The translations under genes were made by a program, and so were the position numbers. Under the pieces are notes generated by a model, which was given only the letters and a program-made list of their open reading frames with translations, did not search any database and had not been told where the DNA came from. Source: Eubacteriales bacterium (GTDB lineage Bacteria > Bacillota > Clostridia > Oscillospirales > CAG-382). Taken from it: a DNA stretch of 64,000 bases. The stretch lies in the NCBI GenBank assembly GCA_045536935.1, contig JAZSOO010000003.1:2281-66280 (forward strand), given 5' to 3'. Below are positions 17,846-27,882 of this stretch, piece after piece (position 1 is the stretch's first letter; every line of letters begins with the position of its first letter).

Positions 17846-19551
17846 TGAAAAAGAGAAACAGTATTGCAGTACACCCCAACAAACACGAGCCCTTTAACAG
17901 CATCAAAGAGCTTGTAAACCGTGCCGCAACCGATTCTGCGGATAAGATAGCATACAGATTCCGCACAAAAGACGGCATTAAAGACGTTACTTATGCAGAG
18001 CATCAGAGAAACACCCATTATATTGGTACTGCGCTTTGCAATATAGGTATGGGCAGTGCACATATCGGCTGCTGTGCGGAAAACAGCTATAATTGGATAA
18101 CCGTTTATTTCACAGCACTTCAAAGCGGCGGTGTTTTCTGTCCTATCGACAAAGAGCTTCCCGAAAGCGACCTTGTCAATATCATCAACAACGGCGACGA
18201 CGATATAATCTTCTGTGACAAAAGACATGAAGAAATGTTCAAAAACATTCGTGCAGAGATCCCCAAGGTTAAATATTTCGTTTGCTTCGACAGAGAAGAA
18301 GACGAGGACGAATATCTTTCCTTCGAAAAGTTTATGGCAAAAGGCAAAGAACTTTACGAAGCAGGCAACAAGGATTTCCTCTCCCTCACCCGTGATCCCA
18401 AAGAGCTTAAAATGCTCATCTATACTTCGGGCACAACGGGACTTGCAAAGGGTGTTATGCTTTCCGAGCACAACCTTTGCTCGATGGTTCATTACGGACT
18501 TGATATTGCAACGATACGTCCCGTAGGCCTTTCTCTCCTTCCTTATCACCATTCCTATGAAGCCGTTGCAGGTATTCTCGTTGCTATGCACGACCGCAGA
18601 ACCCTCTGCATCAACGACAGCCTTAAGCGTGTTGTAAAGAACCTTGCGCTTTATCAGCCCGATTATATGTACGTTGTTCCTGCGCTTGTCGAGATACTTT
18701 ACAGACGTGTTAACGCAAGCATCGAGGAAAAGGGCAAGACGAAGACTATTCAGCTTGCGATCAAATTGAGCAACGCTCTCCGTTATATCGGTATCGACCT
18801 TCGCCGTAAGCTCTTTAAAGAAGTCCATCAGGCATTCGGCGGAAACCTCGTAAAGATCGTGTCCGGCGGCGCACCTCTTCGTGCAGAAATAGGCAAATTC
18901 TTTGACGATATCGGCGTTATCGTTTGTAACGGCTACGGTATCACCGAATGTTCTCCCCTCGTTTCCGTAAACCTCGATACCGACAACGACCCTGCAACCG
19001 TAGGCGTTCCGCTTGAATGTGTTAAGGTCAAGATAGATGACCCCAACGAGGACGGCGAAGGCGAAATTTGCGTTATCGGCGACAGCGTTATGATGGGTTA
19101 TTATAAAAACCCCGAAGCAACGAACGAAGCATTTGATGACGACGGATATTTCCATACCGGTGACTACGGCAAGCTTGACAAAAAGGGCAGGATCATCATC
19201 ACCGGACGTAAGAAGAATATCATAATTCTCGGCAACGGTAAGAATATCTATCCCGAAGAGCTTGAAGGCTATATCGGCGGTATTAAATACGTTACCGAAA
19301 GCATCGTTTACGGCGCACGTGACGAGGAAGGTAAGGAAGCAGAGCTTGCTATCCAGTGTATCATCGACCCCGAGGTTTTGGAAAATACTCCCCGTGAAGA
19401 GCTTCAAACCAAGCTTAGAAACGATATTTACGAAACCCTTAAAGATCTTCCCACTTATAAGCAGATCACAAAGATCATAATCCGTGAAACCCCCTTTGTT
19501 AAGACCACCACAAACAAGATCCGCCGTGCAAAAGACGGTTCTCCTATGTAA
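17845..19551 (+). CDS. AMP-dependent acyl-CoA synthetase, paralog 2
   Basis: 568 aa, collinear with paralog 1 and carrying the same motifs. Start overlaps the upstream stop (TAATG) and follows GAGGAGG. Confidence 0.88.
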   Translation: MKKRNSIAVHPNKHEPFNSIKELVNRAATDSADKIAYRFRTKDGIKDVTYAEHQRNTHYIGTALCNIGMGSAHIGCCAENSYNWITVYFTALQSGGVFCPIDKELPESDLVNIINNGDDDIIFCDKRHEEMFKNIRAEIPKVKYFVCFDREEDEDEYLSFEKFMAKGKELYEAGNKDFLSLTRDPKELKMLIYTSGTTGLAKGVMLSEHNLCSMVHYGLDIATIRPVGLSLLPYHHSYEAVAGILVAMHDRRTLCINDSLKRVVKNLALYQPDYMYVVPALVEILYRRVNASIEEKGKTKTIQLAIKLSNALRYIGIDLRRKLFKEVHQAFGGNLVKIVSGGAPLRAEIGKFFDDIGVIVCNGYGITECSPLVSVNLDTDNDPATVGVPLECVKVKIDDPNEDGEGEICVIGDSVMMGYYKNPEATNEAFDDDGYFHTGDYGKLDKKGRIIITGRKKNIIILGNGKNIYPEELEGYIGGIKYVTESIVYGARDEEGKEAELAIQCIIDPEVLENTPREELQTKLRNDIYETLKDLPTYKQITKIIIRETPFVKTTTNKIRRAKDGSPM

Positions 19552-19560
19552 TTAATTATA

Positions 19561-19594
19561 AAAACTGCCGTGAGTTAGTCTCATGGCAGTTTTT
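19561..19594 (+). terminator. Rho-independent terminator
   Basis: CTGCCGTGAG-ttagt-CTCATGGCAG followed by TTTTT. Confidence 0.8.
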
Positions 19595-19614
19595 GTATTA
19601 AAGAGAATAGGTTA

Positions 19615-19985
19615 AAAAGAAGTGACATTCCGAACGGAAACGGGGGTAGAAGTGTCATTCTGAACGCAAGGAAAAAATACAGCTGTCATTCTGAACGGAA
19701 ACGGGGTCCCCTTAATAACCCTACAAAACTTCGTTTTGCAGGGAACACCCGCTTGTTTTGTGGGGTGTCAAGTGAAGAATCTCAAGAAAGTTGTTTCTTA
19801 TGTCTGTGACATTACAAAGTCCAACGGTGTAGGGGAGGGTCTTGCACCCTCCCGTGCTCTTAAATCGTTGTTGTTTCTTTTGTCTTTGAACGAGTATCTT
19901 TTTCGTTCTCCTGGGTGAGATTCCTCGTTATATCGCCCCAAAAACGCAAGCGTTTTAAGGGACGATGTCACTCGGAATGACAGGT
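19615..19985. repeat. Mosaic intergenic repeat array (locus 1)
   Basis: Three copies of gtSaCATTCyGAACG, then ccctacaaaacttcgttttgcaggg, gtgaagaatctca and gttgtttcttatgtctg..tgtaggggagggt-cttgc-accctccc. The inverted copies tgagattcctcg and gtcactcggaatgaca also occur. The same modules recur at five other loci. Confidence 0.85.
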
Positions 19986-20036
19986 TATACTGAATTGATT
20001 ACTCGTAACGACAGCCATTCATTACGTCGGACATAA

Positions 20037-21158
20037 TCAATCACGCAAAATTTTCATTATATCCTCCTTAATATCCCTATCACTTTCCAACCCCAACGAT
20101 AACCGCAAAAGCCTGTCGGTAATGCCAATATGCTCCCGCATTTCCTCGGGTATGGAAAAATGGGTCTGCGTCAGCGGATAGGTCACAAGACTTCGAAAAC
20201 CGCCGAGACTTTCGGCAAATTTGATTATATTTCCGCCCTTTAAGAAGGATTGCACGTGTTTTTTCTCCTTTAATGTAAAGGAAACCACACCGCCGAAGCC
20301 ACGGGCTTGCTTTTTGCAAAGCTCGTGCCCCGAATGTTCGGGCAGTCCGGGATAGCAGACCTTTTCCACTTCGGGCAGAGTTTTTAGAAATTCGGCAATG
20401 CTTCTTGCGTTTTCCTCGTGCTTTTCCATTCTCATCGGAAGCGTCCGCAAACCTCTGAGGACAAGCCAGGAATCGAACGGAGAAAGGCAGTTCCCAAGCG
20501 TCATTGCAATAATATTCAAACGTTGGGCAATATCCTCTCTGTCGGTTATGGCAATACCCGAGAGGGTATCGTGATGGCCGGAAAGATATTTCGTTGCCGA
20601 ATGGATAACGATATCTGCGCCGAATTTAATTGGATTTTGGAAATAAGGTGAAAGGAAGGTATTGTCAACGACAAACAAAGCACCCTTTTCCTTGCAAAGA
20701 GCGCCTATCTCTTCGAGAGGGGCGATCTTCATCATCGGGTTCGTGGGTGATTCCACAAATACCATAGAAGCACCGTTACAGAGATGCTTTGCAATATTCT
20801 CTGCGTCCGTCATATCAACGAAAACGAATCTAATACCGTAGTTTTGGTATATCTTCGTTATAAGCCGATATGTACCGCCGTATAGATCGTCGGAAACAAG
20901 AACCGTATCGCCCGATCTAAGCAGAGAAAACACAGAATTTATCGATGCAAGCCCCGATGAAAAGGCAAAGCCGAACCGTGCCCCTTCAAGCCTTGCAACA
21001 GCTTTTTCGAGAGCGTTTCTCGTTGGGTTTGAGCAACGTGAGTAGGAATATTCCTTTCCGCCGCCGAAGGTGGAGCTTTGGAAGATAGGAAAGCTTACAG
21101 AATCCTCATAAGGATTTTCGCCCTCCCCGATCACCGAGAGGGTATCGTATTCAAACAT
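20037..21158 (-). CDS. Cys/Met-metabolism PLP enzyme (cystathionine gamma-synthase / beta-lyase family)
   Basis: 373 aa. PLP-lysine region HSATKYLSGHHD and typical N-terminal and C-terminal family motifs. Confidence 0.85.
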   Translation of the reverse strand: MFEYDTLSVIGEGENPYEDSVSFPIFQSSTFGGGKEYSYSRCSNPTRNALEKAVARLEGARFGFAFSSGLASINSVFSLLRSGDTVLVSDDLYGGTYRLITKIYQNYGIRFVFVDMTDAENIAKHLCNGASMVFVESPTNPMMKIAPLEEIGALCKEKGALFVVDNTFLSPYFQNPIKFGADIVIHSATKYLSGHHDTLSGIAITDREDIAQRLNIIAMTLGNCLSPFDSWLVLRGLRTLPMRMEKHEENARSIAEFLKTLPEVEKVCYPGLPEHSGHELCKKQARGFGGVVSFTLKEKKHVQSFLKGGNIIKFAESLGGFRSLVTYPLTQTHFSIPEEMREHIGITDRLLRLSLGLESDRDIKEDIMKILRD

Positions 21159-21423
21159 AATTCATCACCAATTTCAATATATTCGCCCACCGTAAAATTT
21201 GACAAAATCCGATTTTTGCTTTTTTGCAGATTGCACAATATATAGGAAACGTATATACGCAAACCACATTCTATGGGACTTGACAAGGTGTGGTATAATA
21301 GTATTTGGACGATATTGCGTTTTTTGCAAAAACGTGAAAAAAGATTGAAAAACAGACATATTTTTAAAAAGCTTCGCATAGATATTAATAATGGCGAAGA
21401 AAAATTTAAGGAGAGAATAATCT

Positions 21424-21942
21424 GTGAAAAAATTCATCGTTCCGCTGTTGCTTTTGTGTTTGCTTGTAATGACTTTCTCTGCAATCACAATGCAATCTTC
21501 GGCGGAAACTACGGACGGCGAAACCAAAACCGCAACCGAATCGAACAGCGATGCATTGATCCCCGACGAAACTCTTGTTACTTACGGTATGTTGTTACAG
21601 ATCAAGGACGAATTAAGACAGGAGATCGTTGCGGAACTTCTTGATACCGGCGTCTCTGTTCAGAACACTTATAATGATATTTGCGTAAACCAAGGCGAAC
21701 TTTTGATACTTTCCCCCGATAGCGAGATCATCTATCGTGGCGGAGGAGCTATCGCAATAACCTCTTCGGAAGGACAAACCGAAGGAATCACCGATATGTC
21801 GGCAAATACCGAGATATTCTCGGGTATGCCTCTTGAATACGGACATATCTATCATTCCTCTGCTTCCGAAGCAACAAAAGCTATTCTTGTGACGGGCAAT
21901 AAAGCCTATTTCACCGTGAGAGGTGATTATGAGATTGGCTAA
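21424..21942 (+). CDS. Secreted hypothetical protein
   Basis: 172 aa. GTG start 8 nt after AAGGAGAG. Signal peptide MKKFIVPLLLLCLLVMTFSAITMQSSA. The 3' end overlaps the next gene. Confidence 0.55.
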   Translation: MKKFIVPLLLLCLLVMTFSAITMQSSAETTDGETKTATESNSDALIPDETLVTYGMLLQIKDELRQEIVAELLDTGVSVQNTYNDICVNQGELLILSPDSEIIYRGGGAIAITSSEGQTEGITDMSANTEIFSGMPLEYGHIYHSSASEATKAILVTGNKAYFTVRGDYEIG

Positions 21943-23545
21943 TCGACGTTTGATTGCGTTCGTGCTTGCAATCGTATTCTGCATCGGCACGTTTAACGCT
22001 TCACTTGCAATTAAAAAGGTCTCCGCAGAGGGCGGATATAAGGACAGGATCGTGCGTGTCGGTATGTACGTTTCGACAAGCCTTATCGACACAAGACGTT
22101 TTTCTGCGAAGAACACCTCGTCGACAGGCTTTGATATCGGCTTTGCTTCGGGAAATAACTTCAGCACGGCATTTTCGGTTTCTTCCAAATCGATAGTAAT
22201 TCTCCCCCACGTTAATGCAAGCGTTAATTCTTCGACGGGCAACGGCTCTCCCTCCGAAAACGGAAATATCGGCGCATACAGCGCAGTTATCGGTGCTTTT
22301 TCCGATTGGAACTCCGCACGTACTGCCGCAAGCGCTTTCCCCGACGGATTCGTTGCCGTTGTCAAGGGTGGTTTTGAAGCAAGAAGATTCCCTTCGACCA
22401 ACGCACAAACCGTTATCGAAAAAAGCAATAACGGTATCGTGACCGCACCCGTTTCGGGCGGTTTAACGGTTCTCGATTCAAACACGGGAAAGATTCTCTT
22501 CACCGTCGAAGACACTTCCCGCAGATTTGCACTCCGTGCAAGAAACGGCGGTACGGTTGCATTGCCTACGGGTGAATCTACCGTTAGAAACTACTACGGA
22601 TTTTTCGAATATTCTGTTTCGGGCGGCAAGCTTAAGATGATAAACTGCGTTCCGCTTGAAATGTATACAAAATGCGTTATGTCGGTCGAGATAGGTACAA
22701 ACTTCTCCACCGAAAACCGCAAGGCGTTCTCGCTTTTGGTCAGAACCTTCGCTATGGCGTGCAAACACGGCAGTGATTTCAACGTATGCCCCACAACCTG
22801 CTGTCAGGTCTATCCCGGAACCTACCGTATGAGCGAATCGAACAACGCTATCGTCGATGCAACCAGAGGTATGTATCTGACTTATAACGGCAGCCCCATT
22901 TCCGCACAGTACCATATCTCCAACGGCGGTGCGACCTGCTCTGCGCTTGCAGCATGGGGAAGCAGAAGCGTTCCCTATCTTACGACCGTTTTCCAAGAGG
23001 AAGACAAGGAAGGTATTAAATGGGAGCACACCTATACCAAGCAGGAATTTTACGAATACCTCAAATCGAGAAAAGCGTTCTCTTCCTTGTCGGGCAAAAA
23101 CCTTTCGATGAAGATCCTCAGCACCGACCCTTACGGTTCCGACTTTATAACCCACCTTTCCGTCAGCGACGGCAAGGGCAACACCGTTGACGTTAAGAGT
23201 GCAGAGGACGTGCGTGTGGCTATCGGCTATAAGAGTGCAAACTTCGATATTGAATATTCAACCGAAGTCAAGGTTCTCGGCTCTGACGGTAAGGTTACAA
23301 CAAAGAAGATCACGGGTGTTATGACCACAGACGGATATAAGCCGTTTGAAAGCTTTGGCGATAGCTATATGACCGTTATGGGCGAATCTATCGAACCCGA
23401 AACCGTAAAGATCAACGGCTCGGGCGCAGGCCACGGCGTTGGCTATTCGGTATGGGGCGCAGAACAGCTTGCAAAGGACGGATATAACTTCAAATATATC
23501 CTCAACGTTTATTATCAAGGCACGACAATTTCAAAAGCATCATAA
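21929..23545 (+). CDS. SpoIID/LytB domain protein
   Basis: The ATG at 21929 is preferred (AGAGGTGA RBS). N-terminal signal/anchor. SpoIID-type core with the CPTTCCQVYPG motif. Confidence 0.8.
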   Translation: MRLANRRLIAFVLAIVFCIGTFNASLAIKKVSAEGGYKDRIVRVGMYVSTSLIDTRRFSAKNTSSTGFDIGFASGNNFSTAFSVSSKSIVILPHVNASVNSSTGNGSPSENGNIGAYSAVIGAFSDWNSARTAASAFPDGFVAVVKGGFEARRFPSTNAQTVIEKSNNGIVTAPVSGGLTVLDSNTGKILFTVEDTSRRFALRARNGGTVALPTGESTVRNYYGFFEYSVSGGKLKMINCVPLEMYTKCVMSVEIGTNFSTENRKAFSLLVRTFAMACKHGSDFNVCPTTCCQVYPGTYRMSESNNAIVDATRGMYLTYNGSPISAQYHISNGGATCSALAAWGSRSVPYLTTVFQEEDKEGIKWEHTYTKQEFYEYLKSRKAFSSLSGKNLSMKILSTDPYGSDFITHLSVSDGKGNTVDVKSAEDVRVAIGYKSANFDIEYSTEVKVLGSDGKVTTKKITGVMTTDGYKPFESFGDSYMTVMGESIEPETVKINGSGAGHGVGYSVWGAEQLAKDGYNFKYILNVYYQGTTISKAS

Positions 23546-23551
23546 AATAAC

Positions 23552-23586
23552 AAAACGGACTCGGAAAAAACCGAGCCCGTTTTTTG
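23552..23586 (+). terminator. Rho-independent terminator
   Basis: AACGGACTCGG-aaaaaa-CCGAGCCCGTT followed by TTTTTG. Confidence 0.75.
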
Positions 23587-23755
23587 TTGTTTCTTGTGTC
23601 TGTTCAAAAACAAAATAATTATAATGTAGGGACCGGCGTCCTCGACGGTCCGCCTGAAAAACATCGTTGTTTCTTATGTCTGCACAAAAACAAAATCCAA
23701 CGGTGTAGGGGAGGGTGCAAGACCCTCCCCTACGATAAAACCAATATAAACAACA
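23586..23755. repeat. Mosaic intergenic repeat array (locus 2): two tandem units
   Basis: Unit A is gttgtttcttgtgtctg..aaaaacaaaat..tgtagg-GACCGgcgtcctcgaCGGTCC. Unit B is gttgtttcttatgtctg..aaaaacaaaat..tgtagg-GGAGGGTgcaagACCCTCC. Confidence 0.85.
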
Positions 23756-23782
23756 AAACGGACTCGATCGAGTCCGTTTTTC
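23754..23782. terminator. Bidirectional hairpin terminator
   Basis: AAAACGGACTCGATCGAGTCCGTTTTT. Confidence 0.65.
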
Positions 23783-23960
23783 GTTTTGTTTGATTTTTAT
23801 ATTTTTCAAGGACATGCGCCTTGAAAAATATACCATAGAGATTCGCGAGTGTCGAGTGCAACGCACGAGGCGCGAGATGCGAATGAACGAATCTCGCAAA
23901 CCTCGCCGTGCGAGTATGGGATCCCCGAAAATGCTTGCATTTTTGGGGAGAGCGAAGCAA

Positions 23961-26585
23961 TCAAAGCGAAGCAATCGAAGCACGGAGCTTTTCCGCAAGC
24001 TCTTGGAACTTAACAAGCTTTTCTTTCTCTGCGTTAACGACCTTTTCGGGCGCTTTGCTGACGAATTCTGCGTTTGCAAGCTTGCCTTCGGCACGTTTGA
24101 TCTCGTTTTCTGCGTTTGCAAGCTCTTTAGAGAGTCTTTCTCTTTCCGCATCGAGGTCTACGATGTCGGCAAGGGGAAGGAATATCTCACAAGCGTTTGT
24201 AACGATACGAACGGTGCCTTCGTCGTCGCAGGAATCAACAACGGATATACCCGATGCCGAAGCAAGACGTACAAAATAGGGCTCTTTGTCCGCAAAAAGC
24301 TTTTTTTCCGCAGTTGCGATAATGACGTTTGCCTTTCTGGAAGGAGGAACGTTCATCTCTGCACGGCGGTTTCTTATTGCACGGATAGCGGTAAGCATAA
24401 TTTCCATATTGCGTTCTGCATCGGGGAAATTAAGCTCTTCCTTAACAGCGGGATAATCGGAGATCATAATGCTTTCGCCGTTGTGGGGGAGCGACTGCCA
24501 AATCTCTTCGGTGATGAAGGGCATAAAGGGGTGGAGAAGCTTTAAGGTGTTCGAAAGAACGTAGGTGAGCGTTGCCTGCGCTGCAAGGTTGGTCTGTGTG
24601 CCTTTTTCGGAAAGACGGGGTTTTACAAGCTCGATATACCAATCGCAGAAAACGTCCCAGATAAAGTCATAAAGCTTCGAAACGGCAATACCAAGCTCGT
24701 ATCTGTCGATATTGTCTCTAACTTCGCCAACCAAACGGTTGTAAAGCGAGAGGACCCATTTATCCTCTTCTGCAAGCTTTGCGGTATCGATATTATCGGT
24801 GTCGCAGTCCTGATCGAGGTTCATCATAACGAATCTTGCCGCATTCCATATCTTGTTTGCGAAGTTACGGGAAGCCTCAAAGCGTTCGTCGGAGATACGC
24901 ATATCGTTTCCGGGGCTGTTACCTGTTGCAAGAGTGAATCTGAGTGCGTCTGCGCCGTAATTCTTGATAACTTCAAGCGGGTCAATACCGTTACCGAGCG
25001 ATTTGGACATCTTTCTGCCGAGCGCATCACGTACAAGACCGTGTATGAATACGTCGGAGAAGGGCTTCTTGCCCGTGTGAGCAAGACCGGAGAAAATCAT
25101 TCTGGAAACCCAGAAGGTGATTATATCATAACCCGTAACGAGGGTATCGGTCGGGTAGAAACGCTTGAGAAGCTCTGCGTCCTCGTTGGGCCAACCCATT
25201 GTGGAGAAGGGCCAGAGTGCAGAGGAGAACCAAGTATCCAAAGTATCGGGGTCCTGACGCATTTCTTTACCGCACTTGGGACAAACTGCGGTATTGTCTT
25301 TTGTAACAACTATCTCACCGCAATCGTCACAATAGAATGCAGGGATACGGTGACCCCACCAAAGCTGACGGGAGATACACCAGTCACGGATATTTTCCAT
25401 CCAATGGAGATAGTTCTTAGAGAATCTGTCGGGCACGAAACGGACTTCACCGCTCTTAACTGCTTCAATAGCAGGCTCTGCGAGAGGCTTCATCGAAACG
25501 AACCACTGGAGCGAAGCTCTGGGCTCGATTGTAGTACCGCAACGGTAGCAGGTGCCGACGTTGTGCTTGATGTCCTCAACACGAACGAGGAATCCGCCCT
25601 CTTCGAGGTCCTTTACGATAGCCTTGCGAGCCTCGTATCTGTCCATACCTGCATATTTGGGATAGTTTTCGGTAACCTTTGCATCGTCGGTGAGCATATT
25701 TTCAAGGGGAAGATCATGACGCATACCGACTTCAAAGTCGTTCGGGTCGTGCGCAGGAGTGATCTTAACAACGCCCGTACCGAAGTCCATTTCAACGTAT
25801 TCGTCGGCAACAACGGGAATCTCTCTGCCGACAAGGGGAAGAATGAGCGTCTTGCCCACAAGATGTGCATATCTTTCGTCCTTGGGATTAACTGCAACTG
25901 CGGTATCGCCAAGCAAGGTTTCGGGACGTGTGGTTGCAAGATAAACAAATTCGTCGCTGTCCTTAACGGGATAACGGAGGTGCCAGAAATGGCCGTCCAT
26001 ATCCTTATATTCAACCTCTGCATCGGAGATAGAAGTGCAGCAATGAGGACACCAGTTAATAATTCTTGTGCCTCTGTAGATAAGACCTTTATTGTAAAGG
26101 TTTACGAATACTTCTTTAACGGCATCGGAGCAGCCGTCGTCGAGAGTAAAACGGCGTTTCGACCAATCACAGCTCGAACCGAGCTTTTTAAGCTGTTCGC
26201 ATATTCTTCCGCCGTAGGTATCGTTCCATTCCCAAGCACGCTTGAGGAAGCCTTCTCTTCCGAGGTCTTCTTTGGTAATACCTTCCTTGCGCATAGCTTC
26301 AACTATCTTTGCTTCGGTAGCGATAGATGCATGGTCGGTACCGGGAAGCCAAAGAGTTTCGAAACCGCACATTCTCTTGTAACGAACAAGAATGTCCTGC
26401 AAGGTATTGTCAAGTGCGTGGCCCATGTGGAGCTGGCCTGTAATGTTGGGAGGGGGCATAACTATAGAGAAAGCTTCTGCCTCGCTGTTGCCCGAGGGAG
26501 CAAAATAGCCCTTTGCGTCCCATTCGTTATAAAGTCTTTCTTCAAATTCGGCGGGGTTATATTTCTTTTCAAGTTCTTTTCTCAT
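23961..26585 (-). CDS. valS: Valine--tRNA ligase
   Basis: 874 aa. HMGH (LHMGHALD) and KMSKS motifs, an editing domain and a C-terminal coiled coil. Confidence 0.97.
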   Translation of the reverse strand: MRKELEKKYNPAEFEERLYNEWDAKGYFAPSGNSEAEAFSIVMPPPNITGQLHMGHALDNTLQDILVRYKRMCGFETLWLPGTDHASIATEAKIVEAMRKEGITKEDLGREGFLKRAWEWNDTYGGRICEQLKKLGSSCDWSKRRFTLDDGCSDAVKEVFVNLYNKGLIYRGTRIINWCPHCCTSISDAEVEYKDMDGHFWHLRYPVKDSDEFVYLATTRPETLLGDTAVAVNPKDERYAHLVGKTLILPLVGREIPVVADEYVEMDFGTGVVKITPAHDPNDFEVGMRHDLPLENMLTDDAKVTENYPKYAGMDRYEARKAIVKDLEEGGFLVRVEDIKHNVGTCYRCGTTIEPRASLQWFVSMKPLAEPAIEAVKSGEVRFVPDRFSKNYLHWMENIRDWCISRQLWWGHRIPAFYCDDCGEIVVTKDNTAVCPKCGKEMRQDPDTLDTWFSSALWPFSTMGWPNEDAELLKRFYPTDTLVTGYDIITFWVSRMIFSGLAHTGKKPFSDVFIHGLVRDALGRKMSKSLGNGIDPLEVIKNYGADALRFTLATGNSPGNDMRISDERFEASRNFANKIWNAARFVMMNLDQDCDTDNIDTAKLAEEDKWVLSLYNRLVGEVRDNIDRYELGIAVSKLYDFIWDVFCDWYIELVKPRLSEKGTQTNLAAQATLTYVLSNTLKLLHPFMPFITEEIWQSLPHNGESIMISDYPAVKEELNFPDAERNMEIMLTAIRAIRNRRAEMNVPPSRKANVIIATAEKKLFADKEPYFVRLASASGISVVDSCDDEGTVRIVTNACEIFLPLADIVDLDAERERLSKELANAENEIKRAEGKLANAEFVSKAPEKVVNAEKEKLVKFQELAEKLRASIASL

Positions 26586-26596
26586 AACGTCCTCGA

Positions 26597-27850
26597 TTAT
26601 TTCTTAAGGATATTCATAACAAGTCCGGTCTTAAGCTTCGGATAGAAATAGGTGCTCTTCTGGGGCATCTTGTCGCCTGCAAGAGCAACGGCCTTTATCT
26701 GCGAGACCTTGGTTGCGTTGATAAGGAACGCCGCATCGGCAGCACCGTTCTTGACCGATTCAATAGCGTCGTCAAGCGAACGGGTATAGCGGAGGTTTAT
26801 CTGGTTTGCCATATTTTCTTTATCAATGCCGAGAGCATTTTCGAGAACGAAGGAGTGAAGTATACTAACGTCAAGGTCGCTGTATGCTTCGCTTCTGTTG
26901 TCGATAATTCTCTGTTTTTCGGGCTTGAAGGTCATAAGAAGGAAATCGTCTCCGCCGTTGTAGAGAGCATAGGTCTTTCCGTCTTCGCCGTCGGAGAGAG
27001 CCTTGTTAAGCTCGGAAAGGGGACGGACGCACATATCAAAATCGTCGGCGCATTTGTCGATAATTTCCTGACGACCAACCTTGCGGTCTACGATAAGACG
27101 GTGGGTCGGGAATACGACAAGTCCCTTATCGTCCATATCGACGAGAGTCATCATAATATGGTCGTAATCTGCGCCTTCGGGGATAGCTTCGCTCTGCTTT
27201 TTAAAGTTAAGAGCAGTTTCATAGCGGTGGTGGCCGTCTGCGATAAAGAGCTGTTTATCGGCAAGAGCATTTACGATTGCGTTAACGCCTTCTTCGGAAT
27301 CTATCTTCCAGAGAGAATGTGTAACTTCTTCATCGTCGGTGAAGCGGTGTATGGGTGCTTCGGCAGTTTTCTTTGCGATCTCTGCTTCGATAGTACCGCT
27401 TTCGTCGGAATAGAGCGAATAGATGGACGAGAAGTTACAGCCCGTACCCTTCATAAGGTTAAGTCTGTCCTGCTTTGCCTTTGTAAGAGTTTCTTCGTGG
27501 GGAAGAACGATTCTTTCGGAAAATTCGCAAAGCTTGACAAGACATATTATGCCCGTAAGGCAATAGTCCTTGCCGTTGACCGCAAATTCTTCACGGTAAA
27601 CGTAGATACCGCCCTTTTCTTCACGTTCAAGAATACCGTCGTTAAGCCAGGAATTTAGAGTCTTGCCTGCTTCGGCATATCTGTCTTCGCCGAGAGGAAG
27701 CTCAAGACGTACGACGTTATATTCGTTCTTTTCTACAAGTGCTTCTCTTTCCGCAGGTGCGATTATATCGTAAGGGGGACATACGCAATCTGCAATATTA
27801 CCTGCTTTTTCGGTAAAATGCAAGGCTTTGATAGGTTTTATAACTGCCAT
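26597..27850 (-). CDS. DUF1015 family protein
   Basis: Start moved to [10 protein letters not shown] (ATG 27850, AGGAGAATC RBS); the track ORF extends artificially into pcrA. Motifs PPYDII and IADGHHRY are typical of DUF1015. Confidence 0.85.
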   Translation of the reverse strand: MAVIKPIKALHFTEKAGNIADCVCPPYDIIAPAEREALVEKNEYNVVRLELPLGEDRYAEAGKTLNSWLNDGILEREEKGGIYVYREEFAVNGKDYCLTGIICLVKLCEFSERIVLPHEETLTKAKQDRLNLMKGTGCNFSSIYSLYSDESGTIEAEIAKKTAEAPIHRFTDDEEVTHSLWKIDSEEGVNAIVNALADKQLFIADGHHRYETALNFKKQSEAIPEGADYDHIMMTLVDMDDKGLVVFPTHRLIVDRKVGRQEIIDKCADDFDMCVRPLSELNKALSDGEDGKTYALYNGGDDFLLMTFKPEKQRIIDNRSEAYSDLDVSILHSFVLENALGIDKENMANQINLRYTRSLDDAIESVKNGAADAAFLINATKVSQIKAVALAGDKMPQKSTYFYPKLKTGLVMNILKK

Positions 27851-27882
27851 AAAATGATTCTCCTGATATATGTAATAAATTT

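Noticed and set aside
19736-19918. Small ORFs inside repeat fields, such as 19736-19918, 23584-23793, 23730-23960, 47203-47466, 53002-53280 and 52848-53327.
   Set aside because: They are composed of the recurring hairpin modules and translate to patchwork peptides. They lack an RBS, and some overlap tRNA-Val or terminators. They are most likely annotation artefacts of repeats.
21159-21423. Riboswitch or T-box leaders upstream of the cystathionine-family gene, metY operon and metF/metH operon.
   Set aside because: The promoter-like elements leave leaders of only about 20-55 nt, and I could not recognise S-box or T-box signature sequences by eye. This is recorded as a negative observation that needs an Infernal scan, not as a feature.
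23790-24545. A 251-aa ORF (+) and a 203-aa ORF (23540-24151, -) at the valS 3' end.
   Set aside because: They overlap the valS C-terminal coiled-coil coding region and the repeat field, and they have no motifs or RBS. valS on the minus strand fully explains the region.
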